From a virus (Duplodnaviria; Caudoviricetes): a stretch of DNA of 61,895 nt. This document shows positions 1-9,384 of this stretch, in pieces. The stretch is from positions 1-61,895 of IMG/VR virus record IMGVR_UViG_3300016675_000012; one strand, written 5' to 3'. Made by a program: the position numbers and the translations under genes. Below the pieces are notes generated by a model, which searched no databases, was not told where the DNA came from, and was given only the letters and a program-made list of their open reading frames with translations. Position 1 is the stretch's first letter. Each line of letters begins with the position of its first letter.

Positions 1-2
1 CT

Positions 3-803
3 GTGAAGCAAGCCATCATGACTTCCCTCTATGGTTCGACTGCTACCCCGGAAGCTGTGTTCGGTGACAACATCGACCTTTTCTACGAAACCATGGAGCT
101 GATGGCTCCCGGTGCATGGGATCTGAACCAAGGGCTTCAAGACCTCTGGGAAATGTTCAAGTCCTCTGATTACGCATGGGTGCTGCCTGACAACTTCCAT
201 GCCTACATCGAAACGAAGACCTCTGAGATCGTTCCCTTCACCTTCCTGAACACGCCCTACAAACTGGTGAGAAAGATTGACGGTCGTCCTGAGTTCCACA
301 AGGGACTTGGCCCCAATCTGATTCACTCGATTGACGGCATGATCGTGAGGGAAATGTTCCGTCGTTGCAGCTACGATCCGAAGACCATCACTCGTGTCAA
401 GGATCTGCTCAATGTCGGAGCCAATGGAACCAATGGAAAATCTGGTCCCATGGTTCAGACTCTCTGGACCCACTACAAGGAGACCGGGTTCCTCAGCACC
501 CGGATCTTTGACTACCTGTTCCATGACACCATTGGGCTGGTTGATCAGGCTACCATCAAAGCTCTGATCGACACTTTTCCTGCTCAGCCCTTTGACATGG
601 TGTCGGTCCATGACTGCTTCAGGTGCCATCCGAACTATGGCAATGACCTTCGTCGTCAGTATCAGCACATCCTTGCTGATCTGAATGACTCTCACCTTCT
701 GTCCAACCTGTGTTCCCAGATCGCAGGCAAGAAAGTGAAGACCAAGAAGGTCGGTAATCTGACTCGTCAGACCATCATGGAGTCCAACTATTGCCTCGCA
801 TGA
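3..803 (+). CDS. N4-type RNA polymerase II subunit 2 (gp16-like), C-terminal part; 5' end outside window
   Basis: T7-like RNAP motifs KQAIMTSLYG (motif B tail), PNLIHSIDG and SVHDCF (motif C); N4 synteny upstream of the AAA/VWA pair. Confidence 0.9.
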   Translation: MKQAIMTSLYGSTATPEAVFGDNIDLFYETMELMAPGAWDLNQGLQDLWEMFKSSDYAWVLPDNFHAYIETKTSEIVPFTFLNTPYKLVRKIDGRPEFHKGLGPNLIHSIDGMIVREMFRRCSYDPKTITRVKDLLNVGANGTNGKSGPMVQTLWTHYKETGFLSTRIFDYLFHDTIGLVDQATIKALIDTFPAQPFDMVSVHDCFRCHPNYGNDLRRQYQHILADLNDSHLLSNLCSQIAGKKVKTKKVGNLTRQTIMESNYCLA

Positions 804-808
804 GGTCT

Positions 809-842
809 TGGCCTATCCCTCCGGGGGTAGGCCACATTTTTT
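809..842 (+). terminator. Rho-independent terminator
   Basis: TGGCCTATCCC-TCCG-GGGGTAGGCCA hairpin followed by a T6 tract, just after the RNAP2 stop. Confidence 0.75.
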
Positions 843-852
843 GGAGACAGCG

Positions 853-1038
853 ATGACAGAGCGTTACTACACCTATGACGACAGAAATCTGATCGTCTAC
901 TACTCTGATGAACTCCCTGAAGATCTCAACCTGATCTATCTGGGAACATCAGACAACCCCAACCCATCAATGGCTGCTGCTGTCTTCCTCAAGAATGGGA
1001 AGATCCAGTCTGGTTTCAGACTTCGCAAACTGGAATGA
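853..1038 (+). CDS. hypothetical protein (61 aa)
   Basis: GGAG RBS before ATG 853; the longer 808 start lies in the terminator. Confidence 0.7.
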   Translation: MTERYYTYDDRNLIVYYSDELPEDLNLIYLGTSDNPNPSMAAAVFLKNGKIQSGFRLRKLE

Positions 1039-1089
1039 GTTTCTCTTCTTGGTTTTTCTGGACACTATAGTCCACCACAGGAGAGTAAC

Positions 1090-2298
1090 ATGACCCAAAC
1101 CTTGACTCCTTCGGAGGCGAAGGAATTCATCACGAATGCGCTTATGATTCGTGAGATCCCATACCTGTCTGGTCCTCCCGGTATCGGAAAGTCTGACATC
1201 GTGGCTCAAGTGGCTGATGACTTTGGTCTCATGCTTCTCGACATTCGTCTGAGCCAGATGCTTCCTGAAGACCTGACTGGTCTTCCCAGCCTGAATACCA
1301 CAACTGGCAAGGCTGCCTACAACCCTTTCGATACCTTCCCCATGGAAGGTGATCCCATTCCTCCGGGATACAATGGCTGGCTCATCTTCCTTGATGAGAT
1401 GAGTTCTGCTTCGGAAGAAGTCTTCGCAGCCATCTACAGCCTTCTGCTGGGTCATCGTGTGGGTGGGAAGAAAGTCCATTCCAAGGCTCTCATTGTGGCT
1501 GCTGGCAACCGTTCCACGGACTCTGCCATTGCTCGTGAGCTGCCTGATACTCTCATCACCCGTATGCTCCCGATCACCATGACGGTGAGCCACAAGGACT
1601 GGATGATGTGGGCCACTGACCCGAATACCAAGGGCCATGAAGGCATCATCGACTACATCAAGAAGTATCCCGACAATCTGAATACAACTGTCGAGGCTTC
1701 GAAGCGTGATGAACTGGAAACTTTCCCGACTCCTCGTGGTTGGGGAAAAGCCATGAAAATCATGCACTTCCATGAGAAGATGTCTTCCAAAAACAAGATC
1801 ACCCGGAAGGATGCTGCTGGTATCCCTATGGGAGATCAGAACTCGACCACTCCCATTACCCCTCAGATCCATGCTCTGCTGGAAGCTGCTGTGGGTATGG
1901 CTGCTGCGAAGAGCTTCCAAGAACACTACGATGAAGCCATCTCGCTGCCCTATCCGTGGGAGATTGCTCAGTCTCCAAACTCTGCTCGGATTCCCAACAA
2001 CACCATTGGCAAAGCCAAGCTGGTGAGTGATCTGGCAGATTTCTTCATCGGCACTCAAGACCAATCTCGGGATGCCATCCTTCAATACATGAACCGGATG
2101 GAACCTGAACAATGTGCCCTGTTCGCTCAGATCATGGTCGAAAAGCTGGGAGACACTCCCACTGACCGTCGTATGATCGACAACATCAAGAAGCGTCTTG
2201 GTGTGAAGGACATCATGGTTCAGTCTGCTCCCCCGGATGATCCTACTGGTGGTATGGTCTTTCCTCGTGGAACCATGAGTGGAATCGTTCAACCATGA
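1090..2298 (+). CDS. MoxR-like AAA+ ATPase (N4 gp24-like)
   Basis: Walker A GPPGIGKS, Walker B IFLDE, AAGNR, FPTPRGW; coupled to a VWA gene. Confidence 0.85.
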   Translation: MTQTLTPSEAKEFITNALMIREIPYLSGPPGIGKSDIVAQVADDFGLMLLDIRLSQMLPEDLTGLPSLNTTTGKAAYNPFDTFPMEGDPIPPGYNGWLIFLDEMSSASEEVFAAIYSLLLGHRVGGKKVHSKALIVAAGNRSTDSAIARELPDTLITRMLPITMTVSHKDWMMWATDPNTKGHEGIIDYIKKYPDNLNTTVEASKRDELETFPTPRGWGKAMKIMHFHEKMSSKNKITRKDAAGIPMGDQNSTTPITPQIHALLEAAVGMAAAKSFQEHYDEAISLPYPWEIAQSPNSARIPNNTIGKAKLVSDLADFFIGTQDQSRDAILQYMNRMEPEQCALFAQIMVEKLGDTPTDRRMIDNIKKRLGVKDIMVQSAPPDDPTGGMVFPRGTMSGIVQP

Positions 2299-3569
2299 AC
2301 CAGATCATCCCCCAGTTCCCCGTATCAGGTGTGATACCTCCTGATCCTGCGGCAACAACTCAAGCTCCCAGAACATGGGAAGCTCATCTTCTTCGGCCTA
2401 TGGTTGAGGAAGTGTTCAGGAAGGATCCACGTTTCGTGGGTCTTTCCAGATTCATCGTCAATGTGAGGATCTTCTGGTCTTTCGAGATCCCCACTGCCTG
2501 TGCTGGCCATGGATTCATCTTCTTCAACCCTGATTTCTGGGACTCCATTCCTGAAGAGACCAGAAAGACTGTCATGGCCCATGAAGTGTGGCACCTGATT
2601 CTCAAGCACTTGGAACGTGGTGAAGGCTGTGATCCTGTGATTCACAACGAAGCCTGTGACCATGTGATCAACCTGAGTCTTGAGAAGGATGGATTCACTT
2701 TCGATGGAACCAATCCTCTGAAGGATCCGATTCACATCGGGAAATCCAGTGAACAGATCTACAATGAGATCTGGCAAGATCGGAAGAAGAATCCTCCCAA
2801 GCCTCAACCCGGTATGGTCTCCAAAGACCAGATCGAACAGCTCATCAAGGATCAGCTCGCTCAAGATGCTGCAAACGGTGGTCCCAGCAAGACCCTGAAC
2901 CAGCAGAAGGAAGATGCTGCCAAAGACGCTGATGAAGCTGCCAAAGGCTGTGGTGCTTCTCCCGGTCAAGCCAACATCAAGTTGGATCTGACCAAGAACA
3001 AGATCTTCATTCAGAAAGCCACCTATGACCAGATCTTCAAGGAATATCTTGTGGATCCTCTGTCTGGTGGGAAGAGAACCTTCATGAGGCCCTCTCGCAG
3101 ATCTCATGGGGCACCGACTCAACTGATCACTCCGGGAAGATTCCCCAAAAGAGGTCACAAGAATCGTCTGACCCATCTGGTTTACGCTCTGGATGTATCA
3201 GGATCTATCACCAGACAACAGGCTCAGCAGTTCCATGATTCCGTCAGGACCATCAAGGATCTTCTGAATCCTGAGAAGCTGACTGTTCTCCTCTTCGATA
3301 CCCGGATTGTCTTCGAGAAAACCTTTACGGACACAGAGAAGTATGGAAACATCAACGTCCAAGCTGGTGGTGGGACAGACCTCAAAGATGTCTACAAGAG
3401 GATGTCCCAACTCCAAGCTGAAGCAATGGTCTGCTTCACTGACCTGTGTGTCACCATCCCGCCTCAACCTGAGTGGCAGTCAATCTGGATTGTTCCCAAC
3501 ATGAACTGCCACATTCCAGCCAACCTGTATGGGGAGGTTTACCTCATTCCTCCCCTCAAAGGACAATGA
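2295..3569 (+). CDS. HExxH metallopeptidase-like plus VWA domain protein (N4 gp25-like)
   Basis: AHEVWH motif, MIDAS DVSGS, GGGTD; ATGA overlap with the ATPase. Confidence 0.85.
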   Translation: MNQIIPQFPVSGVIPPDPAATTQAPRTWEAHLLRPMVEEVFRKDPRFVGLSRFIVNVRIFWSFEIPTACAGHGFIFFNPDFWDSIPEETRKTVMAHEVWHLILKHLERGEGCDPVIHNEACDHVINLSLEKDGFTFDGTNPLKDPIHIGKSSEQIYNEIWQDRKKNPPKPQPGMVSKDQIEQLIKDQLAQDAANGGPSKTLNQQKEDAAKDADEAAKGCGASPGQANIKLDLTKNKIFIQKATYDQIFKEYLVDPLSGGKRTFMRPSRRSHGAPTQLITPGRFPKRGHKNRLTHLVYALDVSGSITRQQAQQFHDSVRTIKDLLNPEKLTVLLFDTRIVFEKTFTDTEKYGNINVQAGGGTDLKDVYKRMSQLQAEAMVCFTDLCVTIPPQPEWQSIWIVPNMNCHIPANLYGEVYLIPPLKGQ

Positions 3570-4078
3570 TCATGATCATCAACGGACAGAGCTTGCTTCG
3601 AGCCAAGCCTTTCGAAACCATGGAAGACAGGAAGATCCGTTTCCAAGGAACTTCCTACGGTCTTTCTGAAGCTGGCTACGACATTCGAATCAAGCAGGAT
3701 GTCACCTTCTACAAAGATGCCTTTGGAGATCGTGTGACTGTTCGTGAGCCTGATGGGACTGAAGAAACCTTCTTCGGCTCCTTCTGTTTGGCTTCCAGCA
3801 TTGAACGGTTCACCATGCCGAACAATCTGGTTGCCAGAATCCATGACAAATCCACTTGGGCACGTTCTCGACTGTCAGTCTTCAACACTGTGGTCGAACC
3901 CGGATGGACTGGCTGGCTCACCCTTGAGCTTGTCTACCATGGACAAGAAACCTTGCATATTCCGGCTGGTTCCGGGATTGCTCAAGCCCTGTTCGATCTG
4001 ATCAGCGACCCTGCCTCTTATGGAGATGGGAAGTATCAGAACGCAGGAGACTTCCCCCAACCTGCCATCAAAGCTTGA
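3566..4078 (+). CDS. dcd: dCTP deaminase (start 3566 or 3572)
   Basis: GLSEAGYDIR, DKSTWAR, VEPGWTGWLTLEL and GKYQN motifs; N4 gp26 position. Confidence 0.85.
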   Translation: MIMIINGQSLLRAKPFETMEDRKIRFQGTSYGLSEAGYDIRIKQDVTFYKDAFGDRVTVREPDGTEETFFGSFCLASSIERFTMPNNLVARIHDKSTWARSRLSVFNTVVEPGWTGWLTLELVYHGQETLHIPAGSGIAQALFDLISDPASYGDGKYQNAGDFPQPAIKA

Positions 4079-4089
4079 GGAGAAAGCCA

Positions 4090-4614
4090 ATGGCCAAGAC
4101 GAAGACGGAGGGCTTTGATCTCGCCCTCCATGTGGATCCTCGTGTCCGCATGAAAGAGATCCGTGCCATGGTTCAGAACCATGTGAACGGGAAGGCTGTG
4201 AACGAATATCTGGGTCATCTGGCTAATCTTGGTGATCTGCCCGACAACATGGCTGACGCCCGTCGTGTGATCGTCGCTGTCCAAGACCTCCATGAGGATG
4301 AACGGACTCGTCATCGCAAGGCAACCCAGCACATCTGTTCTCTGGTTCACATCCTTGAGGGGATGGCTGAATACCAAGAAGAGCTGCTGGCAATGATCGA
4401 CCATTTCGGTCGTGAAAACGGGCAGCTCCGTGAACATCTGGGTATGGCTGAACGTCATCAGACCCAGATCACAAAAGAAATGCGTCGTTCTCAGCAAGAG
4501 CGTGATGCAGTTCTTCTGACCATGAAACTTCTGAATGGTCAGCAACCGCAATCGACCAACCAAGAGACTCCGATGTCGATGGTTCTGCGTCGTGATGAAA
4601 GGAACGGACTCTGA
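4090..4614 (+). CDS. hypothetical coiled-coil protein
   Basis: GAGGAG RBS, helical heptad-rich sequence, coupled to the next gene. Confidence 0.7.
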   Translation: MAKTKTEGFDLALHVDPRVRMKEIRAMVQNHVNGKAVNEYLGHLANLGDLPDNMADARRVIVAVQDLHEDERTRHRKATQHICSLVHILEGMAEYQEELLAMIDHFGRENGQLREHLGMAERHQTQITKEMRRSQQERDAVLLTMKLLNGQQPQSTNQETPMSMVLRRDERNGL

Positions 4615-4865
4615 TGGGACAGATCATCACCGGAGGACTCATGGCCGTTGGCCTTGTCCTCTTCGTCATCCTGATGGTCATTCTGGGAACCCTCTTCGGT
4701 GGGATCGCAGGATGGATTGTCGGTCTCTTCTTCACCGACACCATCATGTCCACCCTCAACCGCTTCGGTGTTGACACCATGGGCATGACCATGTGGCAAC
4801 TGGGTGCGACTCTGGGCTTCATCTCGGGCTTCTTCAAAGCCTCTCATGTGAAGGCAGGCAACTGA
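4614..4865 (+). CDS. small membrane protein
   Basis: Long hydrophobic segments; TGATG coupling at both ends. Confidence 0.75.
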   Translation: MGQIITGGLMAVGLVLFVILMVILGTLFGGIAGWIVGLFFTDTIMSTLNRFGVDTMGMTMWQLGATLGFISGFFKASHVKAGN

Positions 4866-6232
4866 TGACCCAACGCCGGAAACCCAAGCTTCTGATCATC
4901 GGTCATGCTCGTCATGGCAAAGACACCTTTGCTGAGCTGCTCCGTGACAAACTGGGTCTGGCCTTTACCTCCTCCTCCCATTTCGTGGGGGAGGAGTGTA
5001 TTTGGCCCATGTGGGGAAAAGAGCGGTATCCGTCTTTCGAAGCCATGTTCGAAGATCGGGTCAACTACCGCAAACTGTGGGCTGATCTCATCTCTGCCTA
5101 CAATACTCCCGACAAGACCAGAACTGCTCGAACCATGCTGGAACGTGGCTACGACATGTATGTCGGAATGCGTCGAATGGACGAATTCGTGGCATGTCAT
5201 CAGGCCAAGCTGTTCGACTATGTGATCTGGGTTGATGCTTGCAAGCGTCTTCCCCCTGAAGGTGCAGACTCCAATGAGATGCTTCCCAATCTGGCTCATC
5301 TCTTTGTAGACAACAACGGTCCTCTGGAAGCTCTGAACGAATACGCTGATCTGCTTCAGAAAAAGCTCCACGAAGAGGGCTTTGATGTCGGTATGGATGG
5401 TCCCAAGACCCTCGAATGGACCGACATGCCTGAAGGAGCAGTCCGTGTTCTCGACCATGGTTTCTTCATTGTCCGTGAGGTCATGGGATCTGACAAAGCA
5501 ATCGCTGACTCAGCCCGTATGAGCTATGGACGTGGAACCAAGAAGACCAACACTGATGAAGGTCTCATCAACTATCTGGTTCACAATCATCATACCTCTC
5601 CTCTGGAGATGGGTGAGATTCGTGTTCACATGAGGCTTCCCATCTTTGTCATGAGGCAACTCATCAGGCACCGAACAGCCAACGTCAACGAATACTCAGG
5701 TCGCTATTCCGAGATGGTTCGTCTCTTCTACATCCCTGAATTTGAACACATTTGTCACCAAGACACTGTGAACAAGCAGGGATCGGCTGAACCTCTGGAC
5801 AAGGAAACTGCTGCTAAAGTCCAGATGGAAATGCTTCGTATCTCGAACGAAGCTTTCGACACCTATGAGAAACTTCTGGAGAAGAAGGTCTCTCGTGAAA
5901 CTGCTCGGATGGTGCTTCCTCTGAACACCTATACCGAGTGTGTCTGGAAGATCGACATCAACAATCTGACCAAGCTCTTGAAGCTGCGTGATGACTCCCA
6001 TGCTCAATATGAGATCAGGGTCTATGCAAAGCTTCTGGCCGAAGCTCTTCAGCATTTCTTCCCTGCTGTTTACTCGGCTTATGAGCGTGACAGAGGACGG
6101 GTGAGCCTAAACAGGGATCAGCTTCGTGCTTTGATGACTGGACATCTGGTCAATCTGAGCAAATCCGAAGCCAAAGTTGTTCGTGACCTCTTGAACGAAC
6201 ACGACATTCCGGTATTTGAGCCGGAAGAATGA
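4865..6232 (+). CDS. thyX: fusion of dNMP kinase (N-terminal) and flavin-dependent thymidylate synthase ThyX (C-terminal)
   Basis: N-terminal P-loop IIGHARHGKDT; C-terminal HTSPLE, RHRTANVNEYSGRY, ETARMVLP and HAQYEIR ThyX motifs. Confidence 0.9.
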   Translation: MTQRRKPKLLIIGHARHGKDTFAELLRDKLGLAFTSSSHFVGEECIWPMWGKERYPSFEAMFEDRVNYRKLWADLISAYNTPDKTRTARTMLERGYDMYVGMRRMDEFVACHQAKLFDYVIWVDACKRLPPEGADSNEMLPNLAHLFVDNNGPLEALNEYADLLQKKLHEEGFDVGMDGPKTLEWTDMPEGAVRVLDHGFFIVREVMGSDKAIADSARMSYGRGTKKTNTDEGLINYLVHNHHTSPLEMGEIRVHMRLPIFVMRQLIRHRTANVNEYSGRYSEMVRLFYIPEFEHICHQDTVNKQGSAEPLDKETAAKVQMEMLRISNEAFDTYEKLLEKKVSRETARMVLPLNTYTECVWKIDINNLTKLLKLRDDSHAQYEIRVYAKLLAEALQHFFPAVYSAYERDRGRVSLNRDQLRALMTGHLVNLSKSEAKVVRDLLNEHDIPVFEPEE

Positions 6233-6308
6233 TTCGGTTGCCCTGACTGGGGGGTAAAGCCCAGCGGTAAGCAGATAGAGCCGGGTTCGCGCTGCCCAAT
6301 CATCTGTA

Positions 6309-6360
6309 GGCCAGAGCTAGTGGAACCTCCTACGCAAGCTCTGGCCACTTTTCTTTTTCT
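6309..6360 (+). terminator. Rho-independent terminator
   Basis: GGCCAGAGCT...AGCTCTGGCC stem followed by TTTTCTTTTT. Confidence 0.75.
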
Positions 6361-6404
6361 CACTTCATGCTATAGGTCACTTGACTCTAAGGAGATCTGA
6401 CCAA

Positions 6405-6878
6405 ATGGCAACAAAACCTCCAAAAATTACAGTGAAGAGGGGCGATGATTTTCGCCTCGATATGACTGTTCAAGACGAGAACAACAACGCTGCCATTGCT
6501 GCAAAAGCAGTTTTGGAAGCAGCTCAAGCAGCATACAATGCTGCTCTTGCTGCCAATCCTCAAGTTCCTGCTGACATCACATCCACAAATGCAGCTCTGA
6601 TTGCAGCTCAAGCAGATTATGCTGCTGCCATCAAAGTGGACATCTCTACTTGGACCATCACTTCAAAGATGGCTTGGGCTGGTAAGCTCATTTCCACTTT
6701 CAATGTGATCATCACTGATGGCCCTGAAGGAGACTTCTCAGTTCGTCTTGGAAGTGCTGATACAGCTCTCTGGAAACCAAGAGAGTATGACATGGACGTT
6801 CAGTTCGTTCGAGCTGAAGGAAAAGTCTCATCAGAAACCTTCAAAGTGATTGTGGAGAGAGACATCACCAATGGCTGA
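6405..6878 (+). CDS. putative virion/tail-appendage adaptor protein
   Basis: AAGGAG RBS; ITVKRGDDF...YDMDVQF...SETF pattern recalls BppU-like baseplate adaptor domains; first gene of the collagen cassette. Confidence 0.55.
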   Translation: MATKPPKITVKRGDDFRLDMTVQDENNNAAIAAKAVLEAAQAAYNAALAANPQVPADITSTNAALIAAQADYAAAIKVDISTWTITSKMAWAGKLISTFNVIITDGPEGDFSVRLGSADTALWKPREYDMDVQFVRAEGKVSSETFKVIVERDITNG

Positions 6879-7917
6879 TCAACTCGACATCAATGAGAGT
6901 CTTGGACCACTGTTCACAATCAAGGTGGTTCACTATGCTGATGCACTGTCATCCAGCATCAATCCTCCATTTGCTGTCGTTGTTGAAAAACCAATCAAGC
7001 AGATGTTCAATCTGTCTGTTGGTTTGAAATCAACCACTTACCAAGGTCCGCAAGGCCCCCAAGGCATTCAGGGACCACAAGGAATCCAAGGTCCAGTAGG
7101 ACCACAAGGCCCTCAAGGACCAGCAGGAGCTAATTCTACAGTTCCCGGTCCTCAAGGTATCCAAGGTCCAAAGGGTGATACAGGAGACCAAGGACCACAG
7201 GGTATTCAAGGACCAAAAGGCGATACAGGAGATACTGGACCCCAAGGGCCTCAAGGTATTCAAGGGATTCAGGGTCCAACCGGACCACAAGGACCGAAAG
7301 GTGACACCGGAGATACCGGACCAACTGGCCCTCAAGGGCCTATTGGACTTACTGGACTTCAAGGACCAAAAGGAGACACTGGGGACGTTGGACCACAGGG
7401 TCCAATTGGTCTGACTGGTCCCCAAGGACCAGAAGGTCCAACCGGAGCAACTGGTTCACAAGGCCCAATTGGATTGACTGGGCCTACAGGCCCTGCTGGT
7501 CCTAAAGGAGACACAGGTGACACCGGACCTCAAGGGCCTACTGGTCCACAAGGTCCGCAAGGTATCCAAGGACTGAAAGGAGATACTGGAGACACAGGGC
7601 CGCAAGGACCAGTGGGACCAACAGGTCCACAGGGACCACAGGGCATTCAAGGTATTCAAGGCCCTCCCGGATCTGGAGGAATGGCTGATACCTTTGAAAC
7701 TGTTTCCAAAAACCTTTCTGCGTATGATGCAACTTTCGTCTATTCAGGAGGGGAACTTCAAACTATCACCTACTCAAATGGGGTAGTGAAAACCTTCAGC
7801 TACGGTTCAGATGGTCTTGCATCTGTCACTCTATCAGGCTCAACCCCAAGTGGGATTGATCTGGTAAAGACGTTCATCTATACCTCTGGAAATCTGACTG
7901 GAGTGTCATACTCCTAA
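6871..7917 (+). CDS. collagen-like tail fibre protein
   Basis: About 200 aa of Gly-X-Y repeats ([15 protein letters not shown]) followed by a beta-rich C-terminus. Confidence 0.85.
   Translation: MADQLDINESLGPLFTIKVVHYADALSSSINPPFAVVVEKPIKQMFNLSVGLKSTTYQGPQGPQGIQGPQGIQGPVGPQGPQGPAGANSTVPGPQGIQGPKGDTGDQGPQGIQGPKGDTGDTGPQGPQGIQGIQGPTGPQGPKGDTGDTGPTGPQGPIGLTGLQGPKGDTGDVGPQGPIGLTGPQGPEGPTGATGSQGPIGLTGPTGPAGPKGDTGDTGPQGPTGPQGPQGIQGLKGDTGDTGPQGPVGPTGPQGPQGIQGIQGPPGSGGMADTFETVSKNLSAYDATFVYSGGELQTITYSNGVVKTFSYGSDGLASVTLSGSTPSGIDLVKTFIYTSGNLTGVSYS
7042..7672 (+). repeat. collagen Gly-X-Y coding repeat
   Basis: Periodic 9-bp GGN-CCN-CAR-type units with one interruption (ANSTVP). Confidence 0.9.
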
Positions 7918-7931
7918 GAGAGGATCCTTTC

Positions 7932-8375
7932 ATGTCAAAGAGCAATGCCACCGAAAACGACTATGTGAAGTTTGAAGCCAATGGAGTGGCTATGCCTTCC
8001 TATGGTGCCACTCTTCAAATCAACCTTCACACTGCTGATCCGGGGGAAGCGGGTGTCGCTTCGACCAACGCTCCGACGTATGCTGCATACGTTCCTCAAG
8101 TGGTCACAAGAGACTCCTCTGGTCTGACCATCTGTGATGGAACAGTTCCATATGCAGCCAATCCCAATGGTCCGGGCTACAAGAATGCTGCTCTGGTTTC
8201 TTTCCCAGAATACGAAGGCGGCTTCTCAGGGACTGAGACAATCACACACTCTTCAATCAGTGTGATTGCAACTGGTCAGATTCTTCGTCGTTCAGCACTG
8301 AATGCTCCTCGCATCTATGCTGCTGGTGCAACTCCTCAGTTCCTTCCCGGAACTATGATCTATGTGGAGGATTGA
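7932..8375 (+). CDS. putative tail/virion structural protein
   Basis: GAGG RBS; LHTADPGEAG...ITH motif common in small tail-associated proteins. Confidence 0.6.
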   Translation: MSKSNATENDYVKFEANGVAMPSYGATLQINLHTADPGEAGVASTNAPTYAAYVPQVVTRDSSGLTICDGTVPYAANPNGPGYKNAALVSFPEYEGGFSGTETITHSSISVIATGQILRRSALNAPRIYAAGATPQFLPGTMIYVED

Positions 8376-8378
8376 TCT

Positions 8379-8999
8379 ATGACCCAGAGCTTTACACAAG
8401 TTCCGCCTGACAGCACAGGCGACAAGCTCGACATGAGATCCCGCGTCAAAGGCGCGGATACTCTTTTGGAACAAGGTGTCTACCTTCCCGGTGCGCCCTC
8501 ATTCAGAGTCTTTGCTGACAGCATTGTTCCAGCTTCGAACAAGTATCACATTGCTGTCTTCAACCAGTCTGCTTCGGCACAGACCCTCTATATCACGGGT
8601 CTTTACTGCCTCAACCTGAACATCACCGCTGTTACTGGTGTCATCAACCGTTTCGACTTCCGTCGATTCACAGGTGCCCCGACACTGACTGCATTGACTC
8701 CGATGGCTTTCAACTCTGCTGACCCAGCTCTGACAGGTGTCACAGCAGGCCACACCATTACTGCTGGTGTGACTGATGGTGTGATTTTCCAGTCTCTGCT
8801 GATGTCGTCAGAAGAGCAGACAGCCGTGCCTACAAACACTCAGATGATGCTGGAACGTCTGAACCTGCTTCAGCCTTCTAACCCAAATCAGCGTCCTTTT
8901 GCGCTGAGACCGGGAGAAGGCTGCACTGTGAAACAAAACGGCACAGGCACAGTTGGTGCCCTGACATGGATCATCGACTTTGCGGTGGAGCCTGACTGA
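8379..8999 (+). CDS. putative virion structural protein
   Basis: GGAGG RBS; N-terminal QVPPDSTG motif; beta-rich; inside the fibre cassette. Confidence 0.6.
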   Translation: MTQSFTQVPPDSTGDKLDMRSRVKGADTLLEQGVYLPGAPSFRVFADSIVPASNKYHIAVFNQSASAQTLYITGLYCLNLNITAVTGVINRFDFRRFTGAPTLTALTPMAFNSADPALTGVTAGHTITAGVTDGVIFQSLLMSSEEQTAVPTNTQMMLERLNLLQPSNPNQRPFALRPGEGCTVKQNGTGTVGALTWIIDFAVEPD

Positions 9000-9373
9000 T
9001 GCCTCTTGGTTCTTGGTTCTCTTTCCACTGGTATCCGGGCCAAATGGCTGCTGTGGGACAAGCAACTCCCACAGCCAGTCTCTCTATGAACAGCCTTAAC
9101 AGAATGAGTTCTGTTGATGTTTCTGTTCCAAGCTCGGATGTCACGGCAAGAGTTACCAAGACAATGAGTCTACAAGACACGACTCAACCTTCAGGTTCTC
9201 TTTCAATGAGAAGCCTCAACAACATGAGTCTCACCAACAAAATTGGTGAACTCACTGCTGACGATGTGACAGGAGCTGTTCTTACAGCTCAAATCGCACC
9301 GGGATTGACTCTCAAAGATGCTCTTCTTGACGCAAGAAAGAATGCAAAACTGGCAGCCGCTCTCAGTGCATAA
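8999..9373 (+). CDS. hypothetical protein (fibre cassette)
   Basis: TGATG coupling; internal repeat SLSM(N/R)SLN(R/N)MS. Confidence 0.6.
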   Translation: MPLGSWFSFHWYPGQMAAVGQATPTASLSMNSLNRMSSVDVSVPSSDVTARVTKTMSLQDTTQPSGSLSMRSLNNMSLTNKIGELTADDVTGAVLTAQIAPGLTLKDALLDARKNAKLAAALSA

Positions 9374-9384
9374 TAGGATAGGCC

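Noticed and set aside
6241-6272. TPP riboswitch or pistol/twister ribozyme resemblance (CCTGA-stem-TAA-stem-CG; AAGCCC)
   Set aside because: The TPP 5' half (CUGAGA) and the ribozyme pseudoknot partners are absent, and the element lies 3' of a gene.
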